A stretch of DNA of 61,911 nucleotides, the filler included, from Nitrospirae bacterium MYbin3 (lineage in GTDB: Bacteria > Nitrospirota > Thermodesulfovibrionia > Thermodesulfovibrionales > Dissulfurispiraceae), in assembly GCA_002753335.1 (NCBI GenBank). It is 5 parts of 5 records of this genome, joined end to end, with 100 filler letters (N's around TTAATTAATTAA, not from the genome) between each part and the next. Parts side by side here need not be neighbours in the genome. Positions count along the whole stretch, not along the records: positions 39,663 to 50,952 come from PEAD01000044.1; positions 51,053 to 61,911 come from PEAD01000045.1; 3 more parts are not named here. The stretch is one strand, 5' to 3'. A program made the translations under genes and the position numbers. Shown here piece after piece: positions 49,943-60,460 of the stretch (the stretch's first letter is position 1; the number at the start of each line of letters is the position of its first letter). Under the pieces are notes generated by a model. The model worked only from the letters and a program-made list of their open reading frames with translations. It had not been told where the DNA came from and made no database searches.

Positions 49943-50805
49943 GCCGCGAACGAAGGAAAGAAGTAGTGGAACCGGAACATCCGGGGCTCAGCATTACAAA
50001 GCAGTGTGATCTGCTTAGCATTAGCCGGTCATCTTGGTATTACGAAGCATTAGGGGAATCAGCCGAGAATCTTAATTTAATGAGACTTATCGACAAGCAG
50101 TTTATGAAGGAGCCGAGTTACGGAGTCAGACAGATGTCAAGGTATCTTAGGAGGATGGGGCATCAGGTCAATCGCAAGCGGATACGGCGTCTTATGCGGC
50201 AGATGGGATTAATGGCTATATATCAGAAACCCAATACCAGCAAGCCAAACCCTGAGCACAAGATATATCCTTATCTGCTCAGAGGCGTAGATATAACAGA
50301 GCCAAACCATGTGTGGTGTTCAGATGTCACGTACATACCGATGAGGAAAGGATTTCTGTATCTTGTGGCAATAATGGACTGGGCCAGTCGAAAAGTGTTG
50401 TCATGGCGGCTGTCCAACACCCTTGATGCCGATTTCTGTGTATCAGCTCTCAAAGAAGCCTTGTGCAAATACGGTAAGCCTAAAATATTCAATACAGACC
50501 AAGGAAGCCAGTTTACGAGTGTAGCTTTTACCGAGACGCTCAAGGCTGCAGGGGTAAATATTTCAATGGACGGCAAGGGTAGATGGATGGACAACATTAT
50601 GATTGAAAGGCTATGGAGAACACTGAAGTATGATTGCATTTACCTAAATGCTTTTGAGACCGGCAGCGAGGTAAGGAAGGGCATTGAAAAATGGATCAAA
50701 CGCTATAATGAAGAGCGTCCACATTCTTCTCTGGACGATAGGACGCCTTATGAGGCATACTTTAATTTGCAAAGGCCGGGATGTCCGGTAAAACTGGCGG
50801 CATGA
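49939..50805 (+). CDS. IS3 transposase OrfB (DDE)
   Basis: VWCSDVTY, NTDQGSQF, DNIMIERLWRTLKY and YNEERPHSSL motifs. Confidence 0.93.
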   Translation: MSRERRKEVVEPEHPGLSITKQCDLLSISRSSWYYEALGESAENLNLMRLIDKQFMKEPSYGVRQMSRYLRRMGHQVNRKRIRRLMRQMGLMAIYQKPNTSKPNPEHKIYPYLLRGVDITEPNHVWCSDVTYIPMRKGFLYLVAIMDWASRKVLSWRLSNTLDADFCVSALKEALCKYGKPKIFNTDQGSQFTSVAFTETLKAAGVNISMDGKGRWMDNIMIERLWRTLKYDCIYLNAFETGSEVRKGIEKWIKRYNEERPHSSLDDRTPYEAYFNLQRPGCPVKLAA

Positions 50806-50952
50806 GCGCTGGTGGTTTCCACCTTAACTCAGCCCTAAAGCTGTCCAACCTCCGGGGCCACCTCTTATTTATAAAAAAGCGGTTACCAATTAATCAATAC
50901 TGTTTTTTTCTATCACCCTTAGGCTCATAAACGAAAAAACTTCATTATATAA

Positions 50953-51052
50953 NNNNNNNNNNNNNNNNNNNNNNNNNNNNNNNNNNNNNNNNNNNNTTAA
51001 TTAATTAANNNNNNNNNNNNNNNNNNNNNNNNNNNNNNNNNNNNNNNNNNNN
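50953..51052. other. Assembly gap/contig linker
   Basis: N run with embedded TTAATTAATTAA. Confidence 0.98.
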
Positions 51053-51053
51053 C

Positions 51054-51473
51054 GGCAAAAATATCAAAGACAATATCGATGTCTATAGTCTGGCCTGTCC
51101 GCTCTTTGTTCCGCTTGTAGAGGAGGGATGGACGGATGGTGAAATCGCCCGTCTTGTGATCAAAAAATATCTGTCAGGTTTTAAAAAAACAGGTATTGAT
51201 ACTCTCGTTCTCGGATGCACCCATTACCCTCTTTTGAAGCCGGTTATTCAGTCTGTTATGAAGGATGTTGCTCTTATTGACTCTGCGATAGAGACCGCAA
51301 AGACGGTCAAGGATATGCTCGAGAAAGCCGAAACAAAGAGAGAGACTGCAGAGGATGCGCAGCACAATTTTTTTGTGACAGACTTGCCCGAAAAATTCAT
51401 ATCTGTTGGAGAAGGTTTTTTGAACCAGAAAATAAAAAACATAAAAAAAATAGCTTTGCCTATGGAGGGATAG
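51054..51473 (+). CDS. murI: Glutamate racemase, 5'-partial
   Basis: ACPLFVPLVEEG and LVLGCTHYP motifs; murI-rph synteny. Confidence 0.92.
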   Translation, partial: GKNIKDNIDVYSLACPLFVPLVEEGWTDGEIARLVIKKYLSGFKKTGIDTLVLGCTHYPLLKPVIQSVMKDVALIDSAIETAKTVKDMLEKAETKRETAEDAQHNFFVTDLPEKFISVGEGFLNQKIKNIKKIALPMEG

Positions 51474-52205
51474 ATGCGGCCTGATGGAAGAAAAAATGAT
51501 GAGCTGAGACCTGTAAAGGTTTCAAGGGATTTTATCAAGAACGCAGAGGGCTCGGCCCTTATCGAAATGGGAAACACTCGGGTAATATGCACCGCTTCGA
51601 TCGAGGAGAAGGTGCCGCCTTTTCTGAAAGACCAGAAGAAGGGCTGGATTACCGCCGAATACGGCATGCTGCCGAGGTCAACTAATACAAGAACTTCGAG
51701 GGAATCCTCTCACGGCAGGGTGGGCGGCAGGACGCATGAGATACAGAGGCTTATCGGCAGGGCTCTGCGTTCGGTCTGCGACCTGAGGCTTCTGGGCGAA
51801 AGGACCATCTGGCTTGACTGCGACGTTATACAGGCTGATGGCGGCACCCGCACAGCATCTATAACAGGAGCATACATCGCAATATCTGAAGCGGTGCATT
51901 TTGCGATAGGTGCTGGCAAGCTTGAGCGCTCTCCCATCAAGGACTTTCTTGCGGCAGTAAGCGTCGGAATTGTGAACGGGGAGCCACGCCTTGATCTTTG
52001 CTATGTTGAGGATTCGTCGGCCGAAGTGGATATGAATGTGGTTATGACCGGCGACGGAAAGATCGTAGAGATTCAGGGCACTGCAGAATCAGAACCGTTT
52101 TCGAAAGAGCAGCTTAACAGCCAGCTCAAGCTGGCCGAGAAAGGCATAAAGGAGCTTATAGCCATACAGAGAGAGCTTGCTGATTCGAATATGTTAAAAT
52201 ATTAA
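51474..52205 (+). CDS. rph: Ribonuclease PH
   Basis: [25 protein letters not shown] and [13 protein letters not shown] motifs. Confidence 0.97.
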   Translation: MRPDGRKNDELRPVKVSRDFIKNAEGSALIEMGNTRVICTASIEEKVPPFLKDQKKGWITAEYGMLPRSTNTRTSRESSHGRVGGRTHEIQRLIGRALRSVCDLRLLGERTIWLDCDVIQADGGTRTASITGAYIAISEAVHFAIGAGKLERSPIKDFLAAVSVGIVNGEPRLDLCYVEDSSAEVDMNVVMTGDGKIVEIQGTAESEPFSKEQLNSQLKLAEKGIKELIAIQRELADSNMLKY

Positions 52206-52232
52206 ATTAAACAAAAAGAGGATTTAAAAGAA

Positions 52233-54038
52233 ATGAACATGTATAAAGGTTTATTTGTCTGGCTGCTTATCGGAATGGCGATGATTCTGCTGTTCAATCT
52301 TTTTAATGTGCCCCCCAAGACCGACAAGGAGATGATATTCTCTGAGTTCATGTCCAAGGTGGAGTCGGGCGAGGTTGAAGAGGTGGTCATAAAGGAGAAT
52401 CTTATTTCTGGCAAACTTAAGGACGGCTCCAAGTTCAAGACTTATATGGCCGAGTATCCTGACCTTGTTAAGGAGCTTAAAGCGGGAAAGATAAAGATAA
52501 CCGCGAAGCCCCCGGACCAGAACCCGTGGTATATAAACTTTTTCTTTTCGTGGGGACCGATAATTTTTCTTGTGCTCGTATGGGTGTTCTTCATGAAGCA
52601 GATGCAGATGGGCGGAAACAAGGCGATGTCTTTCGGCAAGGCCCGCGCAAAGCTTGTCTCTGACAAGGCTGTTAAAACCACCTTTGCTGATGTGGCAGGA
52701 ATCGAAGAGGCTAAAGTTGAGGTCGAAGAGATTATAGATTTTCTCAAAGACCCGCAGAAATTTTCGAAGCTCGGCGGCAAGATTCCTAAAGGTGTATTGC
52801 TTGTAGGTTCTCCCGGCACAGGGAAGACCCTGCTCGCAAAGGCGATAGCGGGCGAAGCGGCGGTGCCGTTCTTTTCGATATCAGGCTCGGACTTTGTAGA
52901 GATGTTTGTGGGCGTGGGCGCATCGAGGGTCAGAGACCTTTTTGAGCAGGCCAAAAAAAGTTCGCCCTGCATTATTTTTATCGATGAAATCGATGCTGTC
53001 GGCAGGCACAGGGGTGCTGGGCTTGGCGGTGGCCACGACGAAAGAGAGCAGACGCTGAACCAGCTTCTTGTTGAGATGGACGGGTTCGAAGGCAACGAAG
53101 GCGTTATCATAATAGCGGCCACCAACAGGCCGGATGTTCTTGATCCTGCGCTGCTTAGGCCGGGGCGTTTTGACAGACAGATAGTGGTGCCGGTGCCTGA
53201 TGTTAAGGGCCGCATAGAAATACTGAAAGTGCACACAAAGAATATCCCGATCGTCCCTGAAGTTGATCTTGAAAAAATAGCGCGCGGAACTCCAGGATTC
53301 TCCGGTGCAGATCTTTCGAATCTTGTGAACGAAGCGGCCCTGTTGGCTGCGCGCAAGGCCAAAGAGAAGGTCGAGATGGTCGATTTCGAATTTGCGAAAG
53401 ACAAAGTATTGATGGGTGTTGAGAGGAAGAGCATGGTTTTGAGCGATGAGGAAAAGACGAATACCGCCTACCATGAAGCCGGACACACGCTTGTTGCCAA
53501 GCTTACGCCCGGAACAGACCCTATCCACAAGGTGAGCATAATACCGAGGGGCAGGGCGCTTGGCATAACGCAGCAGCTTCCGATTGATGACAAATATACA
53601 TATTCCAAAGACCATTTGATGAAAGTGTTAAAAGTTCTTATGGGCGGAAGAGCGGCAGAGGAGCTGGTTTTGCATCACAAGACCACCGGAGCCGGCAATG
53701 ATTTGGAGCGGGCCACCGACCTTGCGAGAAAAATGGTGACCGAATGGGGCATGAGCGAGAAGCTTGGACCGCTTACATTTGGGAAGAAGGACGAACAGAT
53801 ATTTTTAGGCCGCGAAATAGCCAAGCACAAAGACTACAGCGAAAAAACCGCGATGGACATAGATGAAGAGGTTAAGCGCATTGTTACGAATGCTTATGAA
53901 GACGCAGCGAAGCTTCTTAAGGACAATTTAGACCTCGTGACCGCGCTTGCCAAGACCTTGCTTGAAAGAGAGACTGTTGATGGGAATGAGATAGACTTGC
54001 TCATCGAACAGACAAGGACTGCTCAAGCTCAGGCGTGA
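52233..54038 (+). CDS. ftsH: ATP-dependent zinc metalloprotease FtsH
   Basis: Two TM segments, [34 protein letters not shown] and HEAGH. Confidence 0.98.
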   Translation: MNMYKGLFVWLLIGMAMILLFNLFNVPPKTDKEMIFSEFMSKVESGEVEEVVIKENLISGKLKDGSKFKTYMAEYPDLVKELKAGKIKITAKPPDQNPWYINFFFSWGPIIFLVLVWVFFMKQMQMGGNKAMSFGKARAKLVSDKAVKTTFADVAGIEEAKVEVEEIIDFLKDPQKFSKLGGKIPKGVLLVGSPGTGKTLLAKAIAGEAAVPFFSISGSDFVEMFVGVGASRVRDLFEQAKKSSPCIIFIDEIDAVGRHRGAGLGGGHDEREQTLNQLLVEMDGFEGNEGVIIIAATNRPDVLDPALLRPGRFDRQIVVPVPDVKGRIEILKVHTKNIPIVPEVDLEKIARGTPGFSGADLSNLVNEAALLAARKAKEKVEMVDFEFAKDKVLMGVERKSMVLSDEEKTNTAYHEAGHTLVAKLTPGTDPIHKVSIIPRGRALGITQQLPIDDKYTYSKDHLMKVLKVLMGGRAAEELVLHHKTTGAGNDLERATDLARKMVTEWGMSEKLGPLTFGKKDEQIFLGREIAKHKDYSEKTAMDIDEEVKRIVTNAYEDAAKLLKDNLDLVTALAKTLLERETVDGNEIDLLIEQTRTAQAQA

Positions 54039-54877
54039 TTGTCAACTTTAAGAATTTTTCTTTAGACCTCGATAAAAAAACGCATATCATGGGAGTGGTC
54101 AACACCACTCCCGATTCATTTTCTGACGGCGGCCTTTTCTTGGATAAATCCAAAGCTGTTGAACAGGCGTTTCGTCTTGTTGAAGAAGGCGCAGACATAA
54201 TTGATATTGGCGGCGAGTCAACAAGGCCGGGCTCAGAGCCGGTTTCTGTTGAAGAAGAGATCCGGCGCACCGCCCCTGTAATCGAAGAGATAGCGGCAAA
54301 AATAAAAGTTCCGGTATCCATAGACACGTTTAAATCAGAAACTGCCCGGGCTGCTCTTGAGGCAGGGGCTTCTATAATCAATGACATCAGCGGATTAAGA
54401 TTCGATTCCGAAATGGCTGGTGTTGCTGCGAAATACGGCGTGCCGGTAATCCTTATGCACATAAAGGGCAGGCCGAAAGATATGCAGGACAATCCGGTAT
54501 ATGAGGCGCTTATCCCCGAGATAATGGATTACTTGCGTGAAAGCATAGACATAGCCGTAAAGGCAGGGGTTCCTGAAGGTCTTCTTATCATAGACCCCGG
54601 CATAGGCTTCGGAAAAACCTTTGACCACAATCTGCAGATACTTAAAAATCTCAAAGAATTTACCTTGCTGAACAAACCCCTTGCAGTCGGAGTTTCGCGC
54701 AAAGCCTTCATCGGCAAGATATTAGGAGGCCTGCCTGCTTCAGAAAGGCTGGAAGGCACAGCATCAGCGGTTGCTATCGCGATAATGAACGGCGCAAACA
54801 TTGTACGAGTTCATGACGTAAAAGAGATGTCACGAGTGGCAAAAGTGGCAGATGCCATAAAGCGCGGAAGCGTTTGA
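54035..54877 (+). CDS. folP: Dihydropteroate synthase
   Basis: [36 protein letters not shown] and RVHDV motifs. Confidence 0.97.
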   Translation: MIVNFKNFSLDLDKKTHIMGVVNTTPDSFSDGGLFLDKSKAVEQAFRLVEEGADIIDIGGESTRPGSEPVSVEEEIRRTAPVIEEIAAKIKVPVSIDTFKSETARAALEAGASIINDISGLRFDSEMAGVAAKYGVPVILMHIKGRPKDMQDNPVYEALIPEIMDYLRESIDIAVKAGVPEGLLIIDPGIGFGKTFDHNLQILKNLKEFTLLNKPLAVGVSRKAFIGKILGGLPASERLEGTASAVAIAIMNGANIVRVHDVKEMSRVAKVADAIKRGSV

Positions 54878-54947
54878 AATCTACCTAAAAACCTAAAGCA
54901 AACCATGCTTTACTTTAAGTTCGATATAAAGTAAACTTAAATGGCCC

Positions 54948-56171
54948 ATGAAAATAAACGATACTATTTTTGAAAGAAGCGTCGCTAAGGAAATAAAAAA
55001 ATATCTCTATACCGACGACATTATTGTTTTGCATGGCGCGCGTCAGGTAGGAAAAACATCCATTCTCTATAATCTTGATAGGTATCTGCAATCTCAAAAA
55101 AGGAGCACCTATTTCATTGATCTTGAAGACTTACGATTTGTAAAAATACTTGATGCCGGAGTAGATGCCTTTATAAATCTTTTGCGTGAAGAGGGTATGC
55201 TTTCTGCTTCAGGAAAAAGAATTTTTGTTTTCATAGACGAAATTCAATATCTATCTAATCCCTCATCTTTCTTGAAACTGCTTGGAGACCATCATAAAAA
55301 TATCAAACTTATCGTCTCGGGTTCATCAAGCTTTGCGATTAAATCGAAATTCAAGGATTCCCTTGTCGGCAGGACGGTGAATTTTGAGATTTTTAATCTT
55401 TCTTTTAGCGAATTTTTATTGTTCAAACATTATTTTTTTGAGAACGGCAAGGTCTTTACCTCCAAGAAAACGGATGAACTCAAAACGCTGTTTAAGGAAT
55501 ATACCCTATATGGAGGCTATCCGAAGATTGTTCTGGCGCCTGAGCTTGGGAAGAAGGAAAAATATCTCCAGCAGATTATTGATACCTATGTTAAAAAAGA
55601 CATCAGGGATCTTGCCGAGGTTAAAGATATAGATAAATTCAACAAGCTTCTTGAGGCGCTCGCGTCCCAAAGCGGACAGCAGTTAAACATTGCTGAACTC
55701 TCCAATACAACAAGGATAGCAAAGCAGACCATAGAAAAGTATCTTTTTATAATGGAGAATACATACATAATTAAACTGGTAAGACCTTTCAGTAAGAATA
55801 TCCGCTCCGAACTTTTTAAGCTGCCAAAGGTTTATTTTTATGATACGGGGCTTATGCAGATGCTCTGGCTGAAAGGGTTGCAGAGGGAGATAATCGGAAA
55901 TGTTTTTGAGACCGCAATTTTTGCGGAGCTGATAAAAAAATATGCGCAGGATGCTGTGCTCTACTGGCGTACAAAGGACAAGAAGGAGATAGATTTTGTC
56001 CTGAAAATAAAAAATGATCTGCTGCCTATAGAGGTAAAGCTTAACTTCAAACAGTTTAATCCGTCCGCGATTCAGTATTTTAATAAACATTACGGAATTG
56101 ATAAATACAGGGTCGTTTCTTTAAACGGTGAGCCTACAAATAAGTTTTATGTTTATCCATGGGATATATAG
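54948..56171 (+). CDS. AAA_14/DUF4143-type ATP-binding protein
   Basis: GARQVGKT, FIDEIQ, SGSS, GGYP, KVYFYDTGL and EIDFV...PIEVK motifs. Confidence 0.88.
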   Translation: MKINDTIFERSVAKEIKKYLYTDDIIVLHGARQVGKTSILYNLDRYLQSQKRSTYFIDLEDLRFVKILDAGVDAFINLLREEGMLSASGKRIFVFIDEIQYLSNPSSFLKLLGDHHKNIKLIVSGSSSFAIKSKFKDSLVGRTVNFEIFNLSFSEFLLFKHYFFENGKVFTSKKTDELKTLFKEYTLYGGYPKIVLAPELGKKEKYLQQIIDTYVKKDIRDLAEVKDIDKFNKLLEALASQSGQQLNIAELSNTTRIAKQTIEKYLFIMENTYIIKLVRPFSKNIRSELFKLPKVYFYDTGLMQMLWLKGLQREIIGNVFETAIFAELIKKYAQDAVLYWRTKDKKEIDFVLKIKNDLLPIEVKLNFKQFNPSAIQYFNKHYGIDKYRVVSLNGEPTNKFYVYPWDI

Positions 56172-56186
56172 GAATTATTTTTTTTA

Positions 56187-58091
56187 ATGTACGCTGATAT
56201 AGCATTCCCTCTTAAGCTGCATTCCCTCACCTACAAGATACCCGAAGGCGCATCAACGTATATAAAAGGCCGGATTGTGAAGGCGTCTATCGGAGGCAGA
56301 CCTGAATTAGGCCTTGTTGTATCGGTCAGCGCAGAGCCTCCTGTTGCCAAGAAGAGGTTCAGGGAAATTGAGGAAGTGTATGGTCTCTTCGGTTCAGAAG
56401 GCGCTCTGCCGCTGATTTCGTGGCTTGCCGATTATTATGTTTCAACTATCGGAATGGCGCTAAAATCCTGCTTTTTTGAGGAAGTCGCGCAGTTGATACT
56501 GTCAGGCATTCGGCCGAATGAAGATGTGGAAGCGGGCGTCATGCAAGGCTCTTACGCCGCTATGCTGTATCATGCAGGCTCAACCAAAGAAGAATTGTCT
56601 TTGATTAGAGATACGATATCGGATGCAAAGGGAATCTCCAGAGGCATTATAGTTCTTGTTCCTGAGGCTGGATTTCTTGAGCGCGCGGCTTCACCGCTGC
56701 TTGATATATGCGGCGAAAGGCTCTGCATTCTGCACAGCAAGCTGACTAAAAAGAAGCGGATGTCTGCCATAGAACGGATAATCTCGGGTGACGCAGATAT
56801 TGTCTTGGGAACTCGGTCGGCAATATTTGCGCCGTTAAGGCAGCTCTCGTTCATTTCTGTTGCAGCTGAGCACAGCCAAGCCTATAAAGGCGAAGAGGGC
56901 ATAAGGTACAACAGCAGGGACGCTGCGGTGATGAGGGGCTTTATCGAAAAATCGCCTGTCATGCTTTCCTCAATATGTCCTTCGCTTGAGTCTGTCTATA
57001 ATTCGATGACCGGCAAGTATGCTGTTCTGAGCGCAAAAGATTTTAGGGTAAAAGGACTGGAGCCTCTGTTTGCAACGGCTGTGCGTTCTGCTGTCGAGAA
57101 GAAGCAGGAGGCGCCACGGCCTGCAATAGAAATCGTAAATATTCAGGGCAAAAGTGCGGTTTCGCCATTTATAACCAAGCAAGCAAAAAACATTCTTTCT
57201 GCTGACGGCAGATTTTTGTTTTATGTGAACCGGCATGGATACTCGCTTATACGATGTGAAGAATGCGGCTATATGCCGCGATGCAGCCGCTGTCTGGTGC
57301 CGTTGGTGTTCTCAAAGAGCGGCCGCATGTTGAAATGCGGCTATTGTGCTGCTGCAGGGCCGGTTCCGACCGTATGCCCTGATTGCAAGAGTTTAAAGCT
57401 CAGCTTTTTCGGGGCCGGCACCGAAAAGGTCAAGGAAGAGGTCGAAAAAATTCTCGGCACCGAAGCCCATGTCCTTGAAAAGAAGCCGGGGCGCTTATCA
57501 CCAAAGGACGATGCATCAGGCTTTTCATTTGTTGTTGGCACCGCTTATGCACGAAGAAAGGTGAAGGAACAGATGTTTGATGCCGCCGCATTTGTGAATA
57601 TAGATGCGGTTGCATTGCAGCCTGACTTCAGGGCGCATGAAAAGGCGTTTCAGGAAGCGATAGAGTTGTGCCAGATTCTCAAACCTGACGGAACACTATA
57701 TATACAGACAGGTGACATGAATAAGCCGGAATGGAAAATGCTGCGCAGCTACGATTTCCGGGCCTTTTACAATCATGAGTTGGCCCAGAGGAAGTCGCTC
57801 GACTATCCTCCATTTTCCCGAATAACCCTTCTGACTATTAGAACAAAAAAGGTGGTGGCCGACTTATATGGCAAGCTATACGCCTTAATCACATCCATCG
57901 AGGCGCTTGGAGTCGAAATCCTTGGACCTATAGAAAAGCCTGCTGCTAAAGGTTGCAGGCAGCAGTTCCAGATTCTGCTCAAGGGGAAGGACAGTCGTAC
58001 CATCCAGTCTGCTGCGAGGGACATTCTTGAAAAAGCTGGCGGTATAAAAGATGTTGAAGCATTTGCTGACACAAATCCCTATAAAATCTGA
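56187..58091 (+). CDS. priA: Primosomal protein N' (PriA) with degenerate helicase motifs
   Basis: N-terminal 3'-binding domain, VLVPE, GTRSAIFAP, NRHGYS, four CxxC, GTEKV, PDFRAHE and YPPF motifs. Confidence 0.85.
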   Translation: MYADIAFPLKLHSLTYKIPEGASTYIKGRIVKASIGGRPELGLVVSVSAEPPVAKKRFREIEEVYGLFGSEGALPLISWLADYYVSTIGMALKSCFFEEVAQLILSGIRPNEDVEAGVMQGSYAAMLYHAGSTKEELSLIRDTISDAKGISRGIIVLVPEAGFLERAASPLLDICGERLCILHSKLTKKKRMSAIERIISGDADIVLGTRSAIFAPLRQLSFISVAAEHSQAYKGEEGIRYNSRDAAVMRGFIEKSPVMLSSICPSLESVYNSMTGKYAVLSAKDFRVKGLEPLFATAVRSAVEKKQEAPRPAIEIVNIQGKSAVSPFITKQAKNILSADGRFLFYVNRHGYSLIRCEECGYMPRCSRCLVPLVFSKSGRMLKCGYCAAAGPVPTVCPDCKSLKLSFFGAGTEKVKEEVEKILGTEAHVLEKKPGRLSPKDDASGFSFVVGTAYARRKVKEQMFDAAAFVNIDAVALQPDFRAHEKAFQEAIELCQILKPDGTLYIQTGDMNKPEWKMLRSYDFRAFYNHELAQRKSLDYPPFSRITLLTIRTKKVVADLYGKLYALITSIEALGVEILGPIEKPAAKGCRQQFQILLKGKDSRTIQSAARDILEKAGGIKDVEAFADTNPYKI

Positions 58092-58098
58092 TTGAGAC

Positions 58099-58956
58099 TC
58101 AATGCCGAATAGTCAGGTAGCCCGAAAATAAAATCATTGCGCCGCCTAATATGGTGTTTAGTCCGACAGCCTCGCCGAGCATCAAAAAACCTAGTGTTAT
58201 AGAACACAAGGGTTCAATGTATCCCAGTATAGCTGTGTTGTTTGCGGTTACGTATTTCATGCCGCTCACATACAGGAACGGCGCGAAAGTTGAGTGCAAA
58301 AGCCCTATTGCCAAGAGCGCCCATATTGTTTCCTGATTCAGGTTGAACGCACCATTAAGGGTTATAGGCATCAGCAGAATGATGATAATAGAGTTCTGAA
58401 AAAAAATAGTGGCCAGCGTATTCAGCTCCTGCGCCAGTTTTCTCAGGATAAGGATTATAAATGCGTAGGCAAGCCCCGAAAATAGTCCCGCCATAATCCC
58501 GATTGTATTGCCGTCTCCGGCCATCATCAGGGCACGGAGTTCCATCGGATTTGAGCCGATCATTATCCAGAGGCCTGCCGTTGCGATTGCCACAGAAAAG
58601 CCCGCCCTCAGGGTAAGCCTTTCGCCGAGAAGGAGAGGCGCCAAGAATGCCACAAAAACAGGAGCGGTGTAGTGTGTTAAAACCGCATTTGCTATGGATG
58701 TTTTCTGATATGCATAAAAAAATGAATAAGTGTTGAGGAGGCTTAAGATTCCGAGCCCTATAAGGGGAATGGCCCATCTTTTGTAAGAGAAGCCTGACAG
58801 GCTATTTTTTTTGTAAAGAAGCGATCCTAAAACAGAGGCGGACACGAGTGATGAAAAAAAGATGACTGTGGCGACAGGAATTGCGGTGATTTTAAGTATA
58901 ACCCCCCATGAACTCCATATAAACATCGAGGCGATAATGTAAAGGTATGGACGCAT
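58099..58956 (-). CDS. EamA/DMT family transporter
   Basis: About ten TM segments; YTAPVFV..LA..LLGERL and YIEP...LGE repeats. Confidence 0.9.
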   Translation of the reverse strand: MRPYLYIIASMFIWSSWGVILKITAIPVATVIFFSSLVSASVLGSLLYKKNSLSGFSYKRWAIPLIGLGILSLLNTYSFFYAYQKTSIANAVLTHYTAPVFVAFLAPLLLGERLTLRAGFSVAIATAGLWIMIGSNPMELRALMMAGDGNTIGIMAGLFSGLAYAFIILILRKLAQELNTLATIFFQNSIIIILLMPITLNGAFNLNQETIWALLAIGLLHSTFAPFLYVSGMKYVTANNTAILGYIEPLCSITLGFLMLGEAVGLNTILGGAMILFSGYLTIRH

Positions 58957-58976
58957 GAACCGGCAGGTTTCGGACG

Positions 58977-60164
58977 CTATCGGTTGATGTTTTTCTGGAT
59001 AGGCTGTTCCAGCTTGATAAAATCTTCTTTTGGCTTTGTTCCGGGCTTTGTCTGGGTCTGCTGAGCAGGCTGCGCTTTAGGCTCGGGAGGCTCACTTTTT
59101 TTAACGGGGGGAGCGACTCTCGGAGCAGAGGACTCTATCAATTTTGATCCTTGCTTAGCAGCAGGCGCGGTCTGGGGCTTTTGCTCGCGTATTCCCATAA
59201 TCGGTTTGTCCATCTCTATAAAACTTTCTCTCGGCTTTGTCTGCGTCTTTTGAGCAGGCTGGGGCTGGGTTTTAACAGCCGCAGGAGGTTCGCTTTTTTT
59301 AGTAATATTTTCCTGCTCGGAAGCAGCTCTAGGCACCGAAGGCAGAATCAGTTGTACTCCAGGCGGAGGCGGTGCAATTTCGGGTTTTTGCGGAAGTATG
59401 CCCATGATCTTTGCGGGCATTATAAGTACGCTGATCCTTCTGTTGCGTGGATCCTTCGGGTCGTCCTTTATCAGCAGTTTTTTGTCCGCATAGCCGACTA
59501 CGCGGGCTATTCTGTCCGGATGAAGGCCGAAGCCTTCGAGCTCCTGCCTTGAGGTGGATGCCCGTGCTGATGACAGCTCCCAATTTGTGTTTCTTCCGAC
59601 CTGATAGCCGGAGCCGTCTGTATGGCCTTCCACCGCTATCAGATTGGGCATATCTTTTATGTTGTCCGCAACCACCTTGAGGATCTGTTTTGCTTTTGGT
59701 GTTGGATGAGGGCTTCCGGGAGTGAACAGCGTTCCATCAGGGTCTGTTATCTGTATTCTCACGCCGTCCTCGGTGATGTCAATTTGTATGTTTTTTTCGA
59801 GCGCTCCCAGCTTGTCTTTTACCGACTTGCTGAGCTTGTCTTTCAGGTCTTCGGCGCTAAGCTCCATAGCTCCCTTGGACACTTTTTCGTGTTCGGTTAC
59901 CGAGCCCCCCGCTTCCATTTTAATCTGTGACGTTTGTGCCATAAACGAGGTGCCGCCCTGATCGAATATGCTGAAGTTTTTGAAATACTCCGCGAGCCTG
60001 ACCCGTTTTTCATCCGAGGTCATAGAAAGAAGCCACAACAGGAGGAAGAACGCCATCATTGCGGTGACAAAGTCGGCATACGCCACCTTCCACGAACCAC
60101 CGTGGTGCCCCCCGTGTCCGCCCTTTTTCACCTTCTTTATGATTATGGTTTTGCCTTTATCCAT
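58977..60164 (-). CDS. motB: MotB-family stator protein with long Pro/Gln/Lys-rich tail
   Basis: GSWKVAYADFVTAMMAFFLLLW, OmpA-like VEGHTD, NWELSSARA and NRRI. The ATG at 60164 is preferred over the track start. Confidence 0.88.
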   Translation of the reverse strand: MDKGKTIIIKKVKKGGHGGHHGGSWKVAYADFVTAMMAFFLLLWLLSMTSDEKRVRLAEYFKNFSIFDQGGTSFMAQTSQIKMEAGGSVTEHEKVSKGAMELSAEDLKDKLSKSVKDKLGALEKNIQIDITEDGVRIQITDPDGTLFTPGSPHPTPKAKQILKVVADNIKDMPNLIAVEGHTDGSGYQVGRNTNWELSSARASTSRQELEGFGLHPDRIARVVGYADKKLLIKDDPKDPRNRRISVLIMPAKIMGILPQKPEIAPPPPGVQLILPSVPRAASEQENITKKSEPPAAVKTQPQPAQKTQTKPRESFIEMDKPIMGIREQKPQTAPAAKQGSKLIESSAPRVAPPVKKSEPPEPKAQPAQQTQTKPGTKPKEDFIKLEQPIQKNINR

Positions 60165-60226
60165 ATATCCGACATGATAAAACAAAAACTTTGTTTGAGA
60201 CAACCAGAAGCTGTCGTAAAATAATG

Positions 60227-60394
60227 AACCACAGAGTCCACAGAGTTTTTTCTCGCTTAGAGTGCCTACTTTCGGCTGTGTTCTCAATGCGTTCAGGAAA
60301 ACGACTAAAAATTTTAAGCAACACAAACTAGGGCACAGAGATATATCGCTGAAGAAAGATATTTTTTTTGGAATATATCAGTTGCTCTGTGGTT
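60227..60394. repeat. 168-bp intergenic segment bounded by 10-bp inverted repeats, with internal CACAGAG copies
   Basis: AACCACAGAG...CTCTGTGGTT, with extra CACAGAG at 60239 and 60334. Confidence 0.5.
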
Positions 60395-60460
60395 ATAGAG
60401 TGTTTTTAAAACAATCGTTCTTCTTGCAAAATTATCATAAAATGCTACTAAATATAGGGT

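Larger units (their letters stand above)
49582..50865 (+). mobile_element. IS3-family insertion sequence
   Basis: IRs AGAGGTGGACCCCAGAAATCGGACAG and (reverse complement) AGAGGTGGCCCCGGAGGTTGGACAG flank orfA and orfB. Confidence 0.92.

Noticed and set aside
13916..51052. One continuous 37-kb island inserted in the pilin locus
   Set aside because: It spans four gaps, and the 120-bp overlap between contigs 2 and 4 shows contig order is unreliable; no att sites were identified.
52442..53615. Long antisense ORFs (330 and 244 aa) opposite ftsH, and similar shadow ORFs elsewhere
   Set aside because: They lie entirely opposite well-conserved genes and show no recognisable motifs; explained by codon bias.
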